A stretch of DNA of 64,000 bases. Origin: Macrostomum lignano. Its lineage: Eukaryota. Position 1 is the first letter of the stretch; each line of letters starts with the position of its first letter. The translations under genes were made by a program, and so were the position numbers. The notes beneath the pieces were generated by a model. The model ran no database searches and was not told the DNA's origin. It was given only the letters and a program-made list of their open reading frames with translations. This document shows, piece after piece, positions 36,444 through 49,416 of the stretch. The stretch covers positions 73,731 through 137,730 of the forward strand of contig NIVC01002826.1 in the NCBI GenBank assembly GCA_002269645.1, written 5' to 3'.

Positions 36444-36785
36444 AGAGATCAGCTAGATCAGCTAGAGAGATCAGGTAGATCAGCTAGAGAGATCAGGTAG
36501 ATCAGCTAGAGAGATCAGCTAGATAAGCTAGAGGTTGGCTGGATCAGCTAGAGGTTGGCTGGATCAGCTAGAGATTGGCTGGATCAGCTAGAGGTTGGCT
36601 GGATCAGCTAGAGGTTGGCTGGATCAGCTAGAGGTTGGCTGGATCAGCTAGAGGTTTGGCTAGATCAGCTAGAGGTTGGCTAGATCAGCTAGATCAGCTA
36701 GAGGTTGGCTGGATCAGCTAGAGATTGGCTGGATCAGCTAGATCAGCTAGAGGTTGGCTGGATCAGCTAGAGGTTGGCTAGATCA
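36444..36785. repeat. 20-bp minisatellite (GATCAGCTAGAGGTTGGCTG) built on GATCAGCTA subunits, just 3' of the GPCR stop
   Basis: Tandem units end 18 bp from the GPCR TAA at 36803. Confidence 0.9.
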
Positions 36786-36802
36786 GAATAATGATGAAGC
36801 AT

Positions 36803-38544
36803 TTAGACAAAAGTCTCTGGAACGGCCCCTTCATCCTGCTTCACTTCCTCTTCGCGAGCGATTCCGGCGTAGTGGGCCAGCTCCGCCGCGGCTCCCGTCC
36901 CGACCGAGGCGTCCCCGCCAGTCAGGCCCTGCTCCAAATTGGCTCCCGATCTCGGCCTCAGCAGCTGCAGCCGGCGCCTCAGACAGTCCGGCACCATGGC
37001 GCAGAATTCCGATCGAAAATTTTCGTTCAAAAAGCCGTAGAGCACCGGGTTGATGCAGGCGGAGGTCTGCACGAACAGCAGACAGAGCGCCTGTACCAGA
37101 GACACGGAGAAGCCGGAGCTGCCATGCTTCAGCTTCTGACCAACTTCAGGCATGGAAGTCTTTGACTCAGAGGAGGTGGAGGAGTCGAGCTTCATCTGCC
37201 AGATCTTGTAATCGCTGTGCAGATTACTAGCTGACAGGGGCAGCCAGGCCAGGCCGAACGTCACCACCACCAAGGCCAGCAGGATGTTCGCCCGTCGCTG
37301 TCGCCTGTGCTCCGCCCGAAGCCGAACTGTCTGAGTTGCCGTCAGCGAGCTCGCCGACTCGTTCCCGCCGAGCAGCCGGCGGCGCAGACGCTGTCGGATG
37401 AGGACAAAGGCGACGAGCAGGACGGTGAGCGGAGCGGCGTACTGCACGCACATCGACACGCAGCTGTAAGCCAGCTTGGCAGTTTTGTCCACTTCGTTGG
37501 CCGTTCGCTCCCAGCAGATGAGCCGGTCCTCGCCAGCCGACACGGTGTTGTCCCGGGTGACGATGCCGAACCAGAGCATCGGGCTGGACATGAGGCAGGC
37601 GGCCAGCCAGGTGAGCGGCAGAGCGAGGCGCATCCGCCGCTCCAGCGTCCGGTCCAGGGGTTGCGTGACTGCCTGTCGAAGAAGTTCACAGGAGTTTCAG
37701 CTAACTGGGTTTCTCCAAGCCAGTTGCGTGTTGTCGCGGCTTCAACTAAGAAACTAAGAAGATGATAGCTTTGCTTGCGATTTTTCAACCCCCCTCCAAC
37801 CTTTGGCGCCTCTCAGTAATTTGCAGTTTCATGATTAACTGCTAATGAGCCTCAATTCTTACAGCAGCTTTGCATTTACTGTTGCGCCTTTTGCCTTTCT
37901 AAACGAAAAAATCGCCAATCTCGTATTTCTTGCTTTTAATTTCGCCAGGCGCAAATCACAGAGCAGCATCTCCGTCAGTCAGACTTTGGTAAGATTTCGC
38001 TTGAGTATATCCGCCTGCAGACAGAACTGGCGAGTGAGGCGACATGACAAAATGATGAAAGAAATTTCCAGTTGCTTTCACAGATCCAGCATTTGTGAAG
38101 AAAATGAATAGGGGTTGACAGGCCTATTCATTTACTTCTTTGCCTTCTCTTTTAGTGCTGCTATCGGTGCAAGCTCATTAGTTCAACTACTTGAACTTGC
38201 ACTCTGTAATCCACGGCTAATTCATTTCAAACTGCCTCCTGTCTCTGCTATTATCCTGTAATGCTTCTTTCGACTCGCAAAACACCATCGGAGTACGGTT
38301 TTTTCTCTGAGAGATGGGTTTCCTGTATCCTGCACAGGCGCTGGATTATCCAACCCTCTTCATCCGCACGCCTGCCTAACAGGTGAGTCGGATTACCTGA
38401 CGCTTGAAATTGCGTCCCTAGCATATAATTAAACACCGACTCGGTAGTCTGTAACAGAGTGGGCGACAAGGCGCACGCGATTCGGCTTTAATACCCGGGT
38501 TTGACGTATAGGTAAGAAGAAATTTAAGTAAACAAAAAGCAGGA

Positions 38545-38587
<43 letters not shown>

Positions 38588-38598
38588 CAGTTAGTTAT

Positions 38599-38679
<81 letters not shown>

Positions 38680-38892
38680 CAGTTAGTTCGTTAGTTTGTT
38701 TGTTTGTTTGTTTTTTTGTTTTTTTGTTTGTTAAATAAATAACTAATCAAACTATTGATTCAAGTTTGGGCTATGTTTAGCGCTTCAGCTAGCATTCCCC
38801 TTGAAAAAGTACAGAATAATGGCATAAAACCATTTGGGTGCCTGCGGTTGGATCCTTCTAGGTTTGCGTTTGTTGAGTGCGTTTAGCGGTGA

Positions 38893-38939
<47 letters not shown>

Positions 38940-39796
38940 CAGTTAGTTCGTTAGTTTGTTTGTTTGTTTGTTTTTTTGTTTTTTTGTTTGTTAAATAAAT
39001 AACTAATCAAACTATTGATTCAAGTTTGGGCTATGTTTAGCGCTTCAGCTAGCATTCCCCTTGAAAAAGTACAGAATAATGGCATAAAACCATTTGGGTG
39101 CCTGCGGTTGGATCCTTCTAGGTTTGCGTTTGTTGAGTGCGTTTAGCGGTGAAGTGTGGTGCGTGTGTAGAGTTGCGCCAGTGTCATTTTGTCTTTTGCG
39201 TGCATTATTCGCTGTACACGCCAAAGTGTATCTAAGCTTACTGTTACTGCTATTCTCGGCAAACTATTTCAGCCCCAAGCTGTGAAACTCACCCGACATC
39301 TGTCTATGGCAATGGCTGTCACGGCGAAAGTGGACGCAAACAGGTTCAGTCCAGTCAGTGCGTTGACGAATTTGCACAGAGCGAGTCCGTAGGTCCAACT
39401 CGTGGTGGAGAAGAACAGCCGGCGGATGTTGCACGGCTGAGTGAGAACGCAGAGCACGAAGTCGGACATGGCCAGGTTGGCCACCAGAAGGTTGTTCACT
39501 CCTTTGCGCATGCTACTGCTGAGAAGTACTACGGCCACTAGCAGGCCATTGCCAACCGCGCCAAAGGCAATGAGGCCCACGAAGGCAAACAGAATAGGTC
39601 GAATTTTCAACAGTTCGCGCTGCGCATAGCGTTCGACTTCGTTGATTTCGCGGTGTAGTTTTTGCAGAGCAGCCGTGTTGTTGTGGCACTCGAAGTAAGC
39701 AATTAAGTGCCTGATGTCGAACAAGTTGGTGACTTGCATGTGCTGGATGCAAGAGGTATTGTCCTCCTGCAGTCTGTCTAGGTTCAGTAAATCCAT
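36803..39796 (-). CDS. Rhodopsin-family neuropeptide GPCR, NPY/NPF-receptor-like, about 457 aa
   Basis: Exons 39796-39293 (donor GTGAGT after DRCR) and 37672-36803. GN in TM1, NLAMSD in TM2, DRC at the DRY position, FGLAWLPL in TM6, ACINPVLYGFLNENFRSEF in TM7/helix 8. Start Met uncertain. Confidence 0.92.
38545..39154. repeat. (TTAG)n microsatellites plus a 260-bp tandem duplication in the GPCR intron
   Basis: gtttagcggtgaag at 38881 and 39141; both copies begin in a TTAG tract and appear identical. Confidence 0.93.
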
Positions 39797-40967
39797 GCTC
39801 TGCAAAATCTCAGGAAATTGAAGATATGTGGGCAAATATTTATATTTATTGATATCCTGTACGGGAAGGCCTCTTGCCAGATATTTGATAGGCGAAAAGC
39901 AAGTTACGCTCGTAGCTTTATTCTCAACCCAGTCTCTCTCAGATTCGCATTGACCGTAATAACTCTCGATTTGGTGAGAAAATGCAGTCCAAGTGGCGGA
40001 TGCAATGCACTCTTACCTGCGTGAATTATCTTAGGTTGCGGAGTAGCAACAGGTAGATGTGATGCGGGAAGCTGGGCAGAACCTATAGGTGTTAATTATT
40101 TGGGCTTGCTGAGTAATCAAGGCTGGAATGACAGCTTATGGAAGGCGAGACTTCCAAGTAGATATGAGAAAACGAGCCATGCGTGGCATTGGATGAGGCC
40201 ACAAAGATCTATCGGCCTTTGCCACTGGAATGCGATTGGCTCAGAAACCAAACCCTGAGTTCTGTCTGGCAATGGCGAAGGATTCACCGTCTCAACATAT
40301 GGGTAAACTGTAAGCGCTTAGTTGAAGAAGTCTCTTAACGACTATGGTGGAACATCGCTTTGTATATCTTTACGAGTAATAGTTGTTATTCTTTGCTGAC
40401 CTTGACCTGTGACAGCCTCCGGTGATAAGACCTTCCCTTGTGACAGCCGCGGCGATTTTCAGTAGCGAAAGCACTTAGTAAATAAAGACTTCTAAATGAT
40501 TGATCCATTAGCCTGCATCCGAGCTCAAGCAAGCATTACGCTCTTGCAGCAGACTGCATCCGGACTGTTTTCGACCGTTGTTAAATACTTTTATTTCTCG
40601 GTTTCTCTCTCTCTCTCTCCTTAATATTATTTCTCATGCAATTGGCTTGATTTGCCTCAGTCTTTTACTTATATGGCTTACAAAACGGACATCAAAAGTT
40701 GAAGGCTAAAGATAGTAGCGCGCGAGCTTCTGGCCGAGAAACTGGACTGAGAGGCAAGCATGCCTATTAATCGAGCATCATAATTTGCTATGCATGGCCA
40801 TGTTATAGCTTTGTCAAACATAAAGACGTCTTAATTACGAGAGTAATCCATATACTAAAAATGAGTCCATATGTTTGCATGTGATCGATTTCAGAAAATA
40901 ACGTCTAAGGATTTAAGGAGCTCCACCCTTATGCAATGCCGGCTTAGGTGAAAAAACAAGATAATCA

Positions 40968-41727
40968 ATGTTTAGCGCTGGGTTTCCCACTGTTTATTCC
41001 CCTACCCTGCTGGTTGGGATTCTATTCCTCTTAGTACACTCTAGTAGAGCTGAGAATGAGCGATTCGGTCAAGGTCTCGGGTGTAGGGGGGGGGGGGGGC
41101 TGTCTCTGAGTGAGAAAGTCCTGGTACGTATTGAATTTAGGTTATCGCGTCTTCTGCGATAGCTGGTTCAGATCTTATTATCGTCTTGCGATGTATCTGC
41201 TGCAGCGGAGCACCCTGCTGACATGCACAGTTCGCGCCGATCGCGGTGTCCCAGATGGCCTTCGTGGTATCCAGGGAAACCAAACTTCACCCTGTTCACT
41301 GAATTGTGCCAAACGAACTGGTCATCCAGCAGAAGCAACAAACAGTTGTGTCGTACGCTCGTACAACAGATTTATAGGTGATGATAACAGGCTGGATTCT
41401 GCCTGGCAGCCATGCAACCCATGCCGGCGAACTCAGAAGTGGCCCACAAAGCTCGGCACGCATATTTTTCTTGTGCTGGCCAGAAACGACTGGACTGTGT
41501 ACTCATCGTGCGGAGGTGCGCTCGAGTTTCTGAAGTTTTTAGAAACCATCATCAAGCACTTCGTCGACTCCTCGGGACCAGGTCGTATAAGAGCTGCTCG
41601 GGCACAGCAGCAGCCAGCAGCGGCTCACCAACAGCACTCGCTGAAGCGCACTGAAGTCACGACCAACGAAGCGGTGCAGGCTTTGCTACAGAAACGGCCA
41701 GGCCAAGAAAATCCTCTTCTGATGTAG
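40968..41727 (+). CDS. Candidate secreted cysteine-rich protein, about 228 aa
   Basis: Signal-peptide-like MFSAGFPTVYSPTLLVGILFLLVHSSRA; a putative 73-nt intron 41068-41140 (GTCAAG...tttag, phase 1) joins it to the 41110-41727 ORF with 8 Cys, NQT and KR/RR sites. The donor is weak. Confidence 0.4.
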
Positions 41728-42675
41728 CTCATTTGAAGGCAACCCTGGACTGTGCGCAACCCCCTGTTTTGCCGACTGGCATGCTGCACAGGCGTGATTT
41801 TAAATCAGTTTTTAGTTTTCAAAGCCGAAGTCAGCTCATATTTAATTGACTTGAACAATGTAACGATATATAAAGGCTTTTTCGGCAGCAATATAAAGTA
41901 CATATATACTTCTACCATAGACGAAGGTGCGGACAGTTTCCAGGAAGCACTTGTTTGAGCACTACAGGTTCGTGACGACTAGCAAAGTCGCAGAGCCGTA
42001 TACATTGTCTGTAAAAGAGAAATCCAGGGTTCTGTGCTTCAAAGCTAGGACAAGGGATCAAATGTAAAGTAATCTCCTGATTCAGTTGACATTTGAGGCC
42101 GCAGTGCGTGCCATGAAGCAAGAGACTAGACAGCTGCACTAGTTAAAAGTGAATTGGACACTGTAGTAGAAGTGATCGAGCTTGAGTTTAAGCACCGATT
42201 GACCCTTTATCTGAATCAAAACAAACTCGCTTCCATGATTTTTTTAAACTACTTATAGACTATTCTCAATGCTAATTTCATATTACCTGGATTCTAGAGT
42301 TATAGCAGCAGTAATATATTTCATTAATTTTATTCTGCTAGACTTTAAAAATCCCTATTCTGTTAATACATTACGATGTATTTCATCTTCAACTTAAATG
42401 CGTATAGAACGCATCGAAAGACTTCAATCTTGATAGAGATTTGCACAGCAATTACATTCCTGCCCCCTCCTTAGAAAGCTGCTGAAAACTCGCAGACTCC
42501 CAGGCGCTAGTCCTCAGTTACCCTCCCGTCTGCATCACTACAAGTGTCCTTTTAAAATGTGTGAAAACAATAATTACTCAAGTGCTAAGGGACTATGAAA
42601 AAGCGTGTTTTTGCTTTGCTTGACAAACATTCAATTCAGAAGAACTGATGATATTAATATTTTGACAGTAAAATA

Positions 42676-43065
42676 GCTGTTGCGTCCACGCGTGGGTCGA
42701 CGTAAACCGGAGAGGCGGTTCAGTGTGTTTGGCTACGCCGATGATCTCGCCCTGCTGTCCTCAACTGTCAAGGACGCCCAGCGACAACTGGACAAGCTAG
42801 TTGCTGTTGCGGCGAGTGTCGGCCTGGTGGTCAACACGCAGAAGACCGTCGTGCTCTGCGTGCCGGACGACATCGAGGCTGCGATTTTGTTCCGAGGCGC
42901 TGATGGACAGGCGACAGAGCTTCCGCGTTGTCAGCAGTCCGTCTACCTTGGCGATCTGGTTCCCCGCGTCCGCGAGGATTTGCCGCGTCGCCGCGGGCTT
43001 GCCTGGGCTGCCTTCCGTTCTGTGAGGGCAGTCTTGCAGTCCGAGGCCTTACCTGACCGCCAGAT
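42676..43065 (+). mobile_element. RTE-like fragment, copy 2, truncated at both ends
   Basis: LLRPRVGRRKPERRFSVFGYADDLALLSSTVKDAQRQLDKL...LPDRQ; near-identical to copy 3; flanked by gctgtt at 42676 and 43066. Confidence 0.88.
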
Positions 43066-43803
43066 GCTGTTACTTGTTGCTGTTTGTTTTGTTGTTGGTT
43101 GCAGAGTGCGCCTTCGAGGGGGGGCTCAGTGTATTGTTTATTAATCTACTTGAATAATCATGAGCGACACTGTTTAGTCTGTTTAAACACTGTTTAAACT
43201 TAATATCCAACTCTGAAGACACGATGTCTGCAGCCCTCCGATCAAAAGACTTTTCCATGAAATTCTCCAGCGTATTGAAACAAAAAATAAATAAAAATTG
43301 AGAGGACCGCAATTAGAAGGTTAGAAATAGCAATAGTGGATATTTATTAAAATTTTACGAAAACTAAGTTGAGAGTAGCCAAGAACAAACCATATTGTGG
43401 ATGAAATTTTAGTGCCATAACAAAACTGAAAAAAGTATCATGTCGTTCAAGACTGAGTATGTAATAAAAACTACGAATGGAATATTTTAAAACAAACGAA
43501 CTCTTGCAGCATTTTTGACCGGAAGAGTCAATGATTTTTAGGGAAAATCTGCCTTAAAAAAGTATTCGAGTTCAGTTAGAACTAAGATAATACGAACGGT
43601 TAGATTTGTTAACATCTAGATAATGGCTAGTGAATTTCATACTTCCTAGAATTTCGAAGCCGCGGCTTTGATTACACGTAGTTGATAATGGCGGATTTTT
43701 TTGAATGTGAAATAACAAACAGTAATATAATTTTAGTCAGTCGGAGTCCGAGAATCATAGCCCAGGTCATTGTGGTTGTTAGCTGTGCAGCTCAGAACCG
43801 TCT

Positions 43804-46800
43804 TTAGTAAACCACCTGTTGGCGAACTTCGATGATTTCATCTTCCAGCACAGCCGTCGGGTCGGGCTCGACGTATATGGGGTACGCCTTCTGCACCCCC
43901 TTCAGCTCCTTCGAGATGAACGACACGATGAAGTTGCGCTCACCGCAACGGACTGGGGTCAGGGTGATGCTGCAGCTGGCTTTGTCACCCGGCTTCACCT
44001 GGCTACAATGTTATCAGTTTAGATGAGTAGCTTGCATTTCATTGACGCTGTGGGTATCTCGAATCCATTTTATCTTATGGCATAGGACAACGTCGCGAAA
44101 TTTGAGCTCTGCACAATCGCCAAGAGCCATACTCGTAAGAGCTCAAAAACGAATATGCTTCATTCCTCCATATTAACCCATAAATTCCAAAGATTTATCA
44201 ATCTTAAAGCTATAAAAGTACTCTTTTAGTGTCTTCTCGTCTCTAGAGCACCCCAAACAATTTTAATTTAACGACTGCTCACCCAACGCTCTTATCCATG
44301 CTCTTTCCGCGCAGTCCCGGACCTTCGATGCTGAACCGGGCGTCGCTCAGGGCGAAGGGCACCGGATTGACAAAGGTGCACTTGAAGTGGAAGGCCTTGT
44401 TCTGACAGACTTCACCCACAATCTAAAAAATGATTAGAATAGCGAATTAGTCAATTAGCTCTAAGCCTAGCATAGAAAAGAAAAAGCAGGTTACAACGGC
44501 AGATGCACCTCAATGTCAAGTTCCGGATTGAACAGGTGCACAATTGTCTGCTTCACCACTTTGTCATTTCCATCGATTCCGACGGCGACAATTTCAATGC
44601 CAACTTCCTCGCAGCCGGCGGAGTTGGTATAGTCCGCTGACTGGATGGCCAGCTCAACAGGAGATGCTGAAGGATATTGATAGATTTTCTAACTTACTTG
44701 ATGCTACCGACTTTTGAAACTGAGGTACACGCAGACACAGGGATACTCACTGCTGCTGCCCTTGACAGTGACTTCACCCTTTTCGAAGGCCAGCTGTCGG
44801 ATGACCTTGCCGTTGTACTGCTTCAAGTTAGCCGCAATTCCAAACAGGATTTTCTTGTCGGTGCGAGCTCCGTTTGTCAGCTCCAGGGTCACCTTAATGT
44901 CGCCGCCAATCACCAGGTACTCTTCCGTGGCAATGTTGAGTTGCAGGTTGCGCCTGCGCTTATTGTCATCGTTGCGTTCTACTTTGATTTGCACCTTCTT
45001 GGAATTCTTGGCCGCCCGGAAAGCTGCATCTTCCTCACGACTGCCCTCTGGGAATTTGTACTGGTCAGTGATGTCTAGACGGTCTTCCGAGCCCACCGCC
45101 TTAGTGCTGATGCTTCGGCCCACCTTGGTCGGATCGGAGTAGAGCTCCTTGTTAGTGCCATCGGCGTTCTTCTGCCAGTGCTTGATACACGCGTTCACTT
45201 CCGCATAGATGAACGGCGTGTCAAAATCGACGTCCAGTTTGCCTTGTTTGATGGCCTTGACTGGGCAGGGGCCGGTGCGGAAGATGCTGTCGCTGCGCTC
45301 CTGCGGTGTTGCGTCCACGGCCTGCCAGCCGTCGAAGTCGCCGCCGAGGTCCGGCCGCTTCATCCACAGATCGTTCCACACGTGGAAGTTCCTGGAGAGA
45401 TAATTTTGTTGGTAAGCATATTTTGAGCTCTAAACCTGATCTAATTCAGTAGCTGGCAAATACATGTATTTTTTTATTTATAATAGTTATTATAGTTATT
45501 ATAGTTGCTTGCGTAATACTCGTAGTTCAACGTAAAAAACATCATTAATTTTATTTAGACTTTCCAAGCTAGCACTCATTGGTGCACTCACTGAATTAGC
45601 TCCCTCTTTTGCATTGCGGATTATCGACTTGTTGGTCCTGTTGTAGTTTGTTGTCATTATTTTTGTTACTTAGTAACTGCCTAGTAACCTAGTAGCTGAT
45701 ACTTTACAGTATATTCATACACAAACCCACCAGATGCTGTCCGAGTTCAATTCAGCGATGGGGGCGAAGGTGTCGTTAAAGAAGCTGTCAACAATCAGGT
45801 TGCAGTTGGTGTCGTGAGCAGAGTCAAAGTTGGTCACACTTCGGGCCGGAATGCCGAGAGCTCGGGCAACTAAGGACAGGAATAGAGATTTTACGGCTCA
45901 GAGGAATCTTCAGATCCCAGCATGTGTCAGTTCACAGTTTAGGTCATTTGAATGGCAGAAAATCCGACTTACGAGACGTCATAAGGCCGGAGAAGACCCA
46001 GCACTGTCCGAACTTTACCGGCGTTTTCGACTCGTAGTACTTGGCAATGATGGCCAGGCTGCCTCTCCATTCGGTTGGCGCCACGCCTCCGGCATAGTCG
46101 CCGCTCCAGTTGCCCACAAGGACGCCGTTGTCGTCGTTGCTGTTGACCAGAGCGGAGAGCGAGCGCGCGACGCTGACGGGGTCGCCCCAGCTGTCGAAGG
46201 GCAAGCCGGACTTGGCCAGCAGATAGTAGGCGCAGTCCAGCACGGGGTCGTCGAACTGCGATGAAAAAGGAATTCAGACTTCAGAGCGCATTGCTAGTTT
46301 GTGCCGTAGACTCTTGGTTCCAGGCTCTGTGCGCCGGTCTGTTACAATTTTCTATTCAACTACATATATATGATTTACCTGACCAAAATTCCACGACTTG
46401 CTTCCTATGCTGCGAGACGAGCCGAAGTACACCCTGCCGGTGCTCTCTAGAACGTACTCCCGACATTCAGCGCCGCTCTCCAAGTAGACGGCATCGTCTG
46501 AAAAAGATTATTCTCTTTGAGCATTAAAACATTTGAGCCTATTCTTGGTATCTTTATCGGATTCGCAAATGGCGAACGAATGACAGTTTGATTCTGGCGT
46601 ACTTTCTTTCTCAACAATGAACAATACATTTACAAACTGAAGTAACCATCAACCTACCCGGACAAAACGGGTTGTAGACCACTGATATGGGAAACTTCAT
46701 GTCGTAGTTGAAGGTGATCTCCAGGCTGCGAGTCGCGTACATCTGCGTGATCCAGTACTTGGCAGTGATGCAGTTCTTGGCAGTGTAGAACACAACCGTC

Positions 46801-48487
46801 ACCTTATTGCTTCCCGGATAGACAATGACCTGTCGTGCGGCAATCCGTGTAAATAATTTTCACAAGCGCAAAACGCTACATGTTATTGAGAAAGAGTTGA
46901 AAACTCTGTCCCTTACCGAGCGCATCTGGATCGGGCAGTGGTAGGACTCGTGGTCGCTGAACCGAGTGGGCTCCTGAAGAGCAGTGGTTATGAAAATATC
47001 AGAATTACTTTTGGGGCTTCAATTCGGTTGATGTCTGAGGTCAAATAATTGGAGAGGAAGTGCTTACGCTTGATAGGGTTAGCCGAAACATACTAAATGT
47101 TCAGAAAGTTCACAAGCCAGTCTCTCATTAGCTAGCTACAAGACTTATTTAAACCTCCTGGTAAAAATATTTAAAAGGGTTAATATTTTAGTTAAAGCAA
47201 AACAAGTTTTATCCGACATGCGCTGTAGTTTTGGTAAACCATTGAAGTGGTCCTAGTTTAATTTCGTTCTTCCCTCTGTACGGAGAACAATCTGGATAAC
47301 GTATTGATAAATTAGTCTCACCTCCTTCAGATGCCAGCTCTTCTGATAGGCTTCGAAGCCGTAGTCATCCACGCTGACGCGGAACGACAGCAAATCGTAG
47401 TCATCGAATACTTCGTCGAACTCCAGGTCAAGGTAAAAGTACTCGCCCCGGCGAACCACCATGCCGCGTCGGTTGGCCACCTGATCGTACTCGACCGTGT
47501 TGCTGCGCTTGCCGCTCTTCACATAACGTGGCACGAAGCGTTTCAAGCGTAGTTCTGAATAAATAAAGAGAGTAAACTATATGTAACACGAAAGCGCTGT
47601 AAAAGGGTAATGGTGTGCAGTTCTGGTCGCCTCTCAACAAATGGAGCTTGAAAAACAAATTCAAAACTTATAGAGAGTTTTTTTGTCAACAAGACACAAT
47701 TGCGTATGATTTCTATTGATTAGTTAAAACCTTTCTGCACCACTACTTTTCAAGGTATTGGCTTCGACTCGTAAAAAATTCGATTTCCAGCTATTTGATC
47801 AGGCTACTACACAAACTAGCAACTAGTACCTGAACGCTGCCCCCATCTGTTATGTGTAAGATGAAGAATTAGTGGAGGCTGAAGTTGTATCAAATTTGGG
47901 GCGAATTCCTGGGTAGCGAAGCGACAATTGCTGCAACATGCACAGCAGGGGTCGGCAAGCTGTTTTGCCTCAAGGGTTAGATAAGGAATTTAGACTATTG
48001 CTGCGGCCCGAATGAGAGAGGATCTGAATAGAGAAGAGGAAATAAATGAGAAGTGAAAAGCTAGATGAGAGATGAGATAAGAGTAGATAAAAAGAGAGAA
48101 GACTAAAGAGAGGAGAGGAGAAGAAAGGAGAGATGTGAGAAAGGAGGAGAGGAGAGATGAGAGAGCGGAAGAGAGGGAAGAGGAGAGAAAAGAGAGAAGA
48201 GAGGAGAGGAGAGAACTGACAAGGGAGCTGAGAAAAGACCAACCTTGAGCAGACCGGATTGCTATGGTGAAGTTTCAAAGGACCCAAGGGTCGGATAAGG
48301 CTTCGTAGGCCGGAGTTTGCCGACCCCTGATGTACAGTATATTTTAACAAATAAAACTCCCGCAAAACTCGCTCGGCTGGCAATCAAGTCCAATTGACTT
48401 ACTGTCTCCATTGTTGAATCCGCTTTTCGTTATTTGCTGCTGCTGCTGCTGCTGCTGCTGCTGAGAGGCACCCTTGGTGTTAGACAT
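43804..48487 (-). CDS. Transglutaminase (protein-glutamine gamma-glutamyltransferase), 741 aa
   Basis: Exons 48487-48403, 47554-47322, 46973-46917, 46829-46658, 46497-46379, 46255-45973, 45869-45731, 45391-44751, 44666-44509, 44422-44283, 44002-43804, all in phase. VVRRGEYF, YNPFCPDDAVY, catalytic GQCWVF, WNFHVW, GWQAVDATPQE; N-terminal Q10. Confidence 0.95.
47946..48329 (+). mobile_element. hAT-type MITE in transglutaminase intron 1
   Basis: TIR CAGGGGTCGGCAA / TTGCCGACCCCTG; 8-bp TSD atgcacag / atgtacag (7 of 8); GA-rich core. Confidence 0.88.
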
Positions 48488-49416
48488 GTCGCCTTTGCTA
48501 AGTAATGAATTCTAATGTAATGTCGAATTATCTAAAAAAAGCACCGAGTTTCTCGGAATCTTGCGCCAGCTTTTATCTGTTCGGCGCTTCTCGTGCTTAT
48601 TTTTCTTTTCTGTTCTCCACCCAGTCGGAGAGAGCGGCAAGCATTTGTCTGCATTCTTCCATCTACTGTGTTGTTGGCTACTCTACACAACTTTTGTGCC
48701 TTTGTGCCGGCAAAGAAAACTGCATACGATTATAGAGACTGGGAGAGAAAGATAGAGATGAAGCACTGTCGGAGAGCTGCAGTTCTATTGTTCACTTGTC
48801 TATGCGGCAAATATTTTGGGCTCCTGAAACTCTGTACGAGGGGCATTCTATAAATTAAGAAGCTGCACTTGGGTTGCGCTTCGAAGCACGTGCCGTGTGT
48901 TTAAGCTGAGCTTTGGCTAAACAGGTTAGGGCGGAGTGTAATAGTTTTCAGATGGATACTCTCGTAGAAAGGCTCAGTTCATTCATTCCATTTTTTTGTT
49001 TTCGACGTCTGGCTACAATGCAAACTCAACGGCTGCTGGGGGGGGGCGCATTTTGCTGAGTTTGACTGTAATTTTGTTGTTGACTGCAAGCGCAGACGGG
49101 CAATCTACCTTGTAGCTCTGCATTTGCTAAGCTGTAATCAGTTTTTGTTAAAATTCACAGAGTTCTAAACTGAATTCTGAAGTGTAAAATTTAATTACGG
49201 TACTCAACGCTTTCGTCACGGTTAGAGTTGTCTTCCGACAAAAATCCTTTATTTCTAGCGTCAACAAAGAAGCTTTTCTTTTTTATCATAGGAGTGTAAG
49301 AATCTAGGCGAAATAGGTAGTTAGTATAGGCTTGTGCAATAATATTACGGAGTAATGTGTGATAATTATTAATTTCAGTTCCCAGGCAGTAAGATGGCAC
49401 TGGACACTAAAGGCTG

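Noticed and set aside
46829-47400. Apparent scrambled exon order in the transglutaminase N-terminus
   Set aside because: Genomic order splices in frame with canonical sites; low conservation of this region explains the impression.
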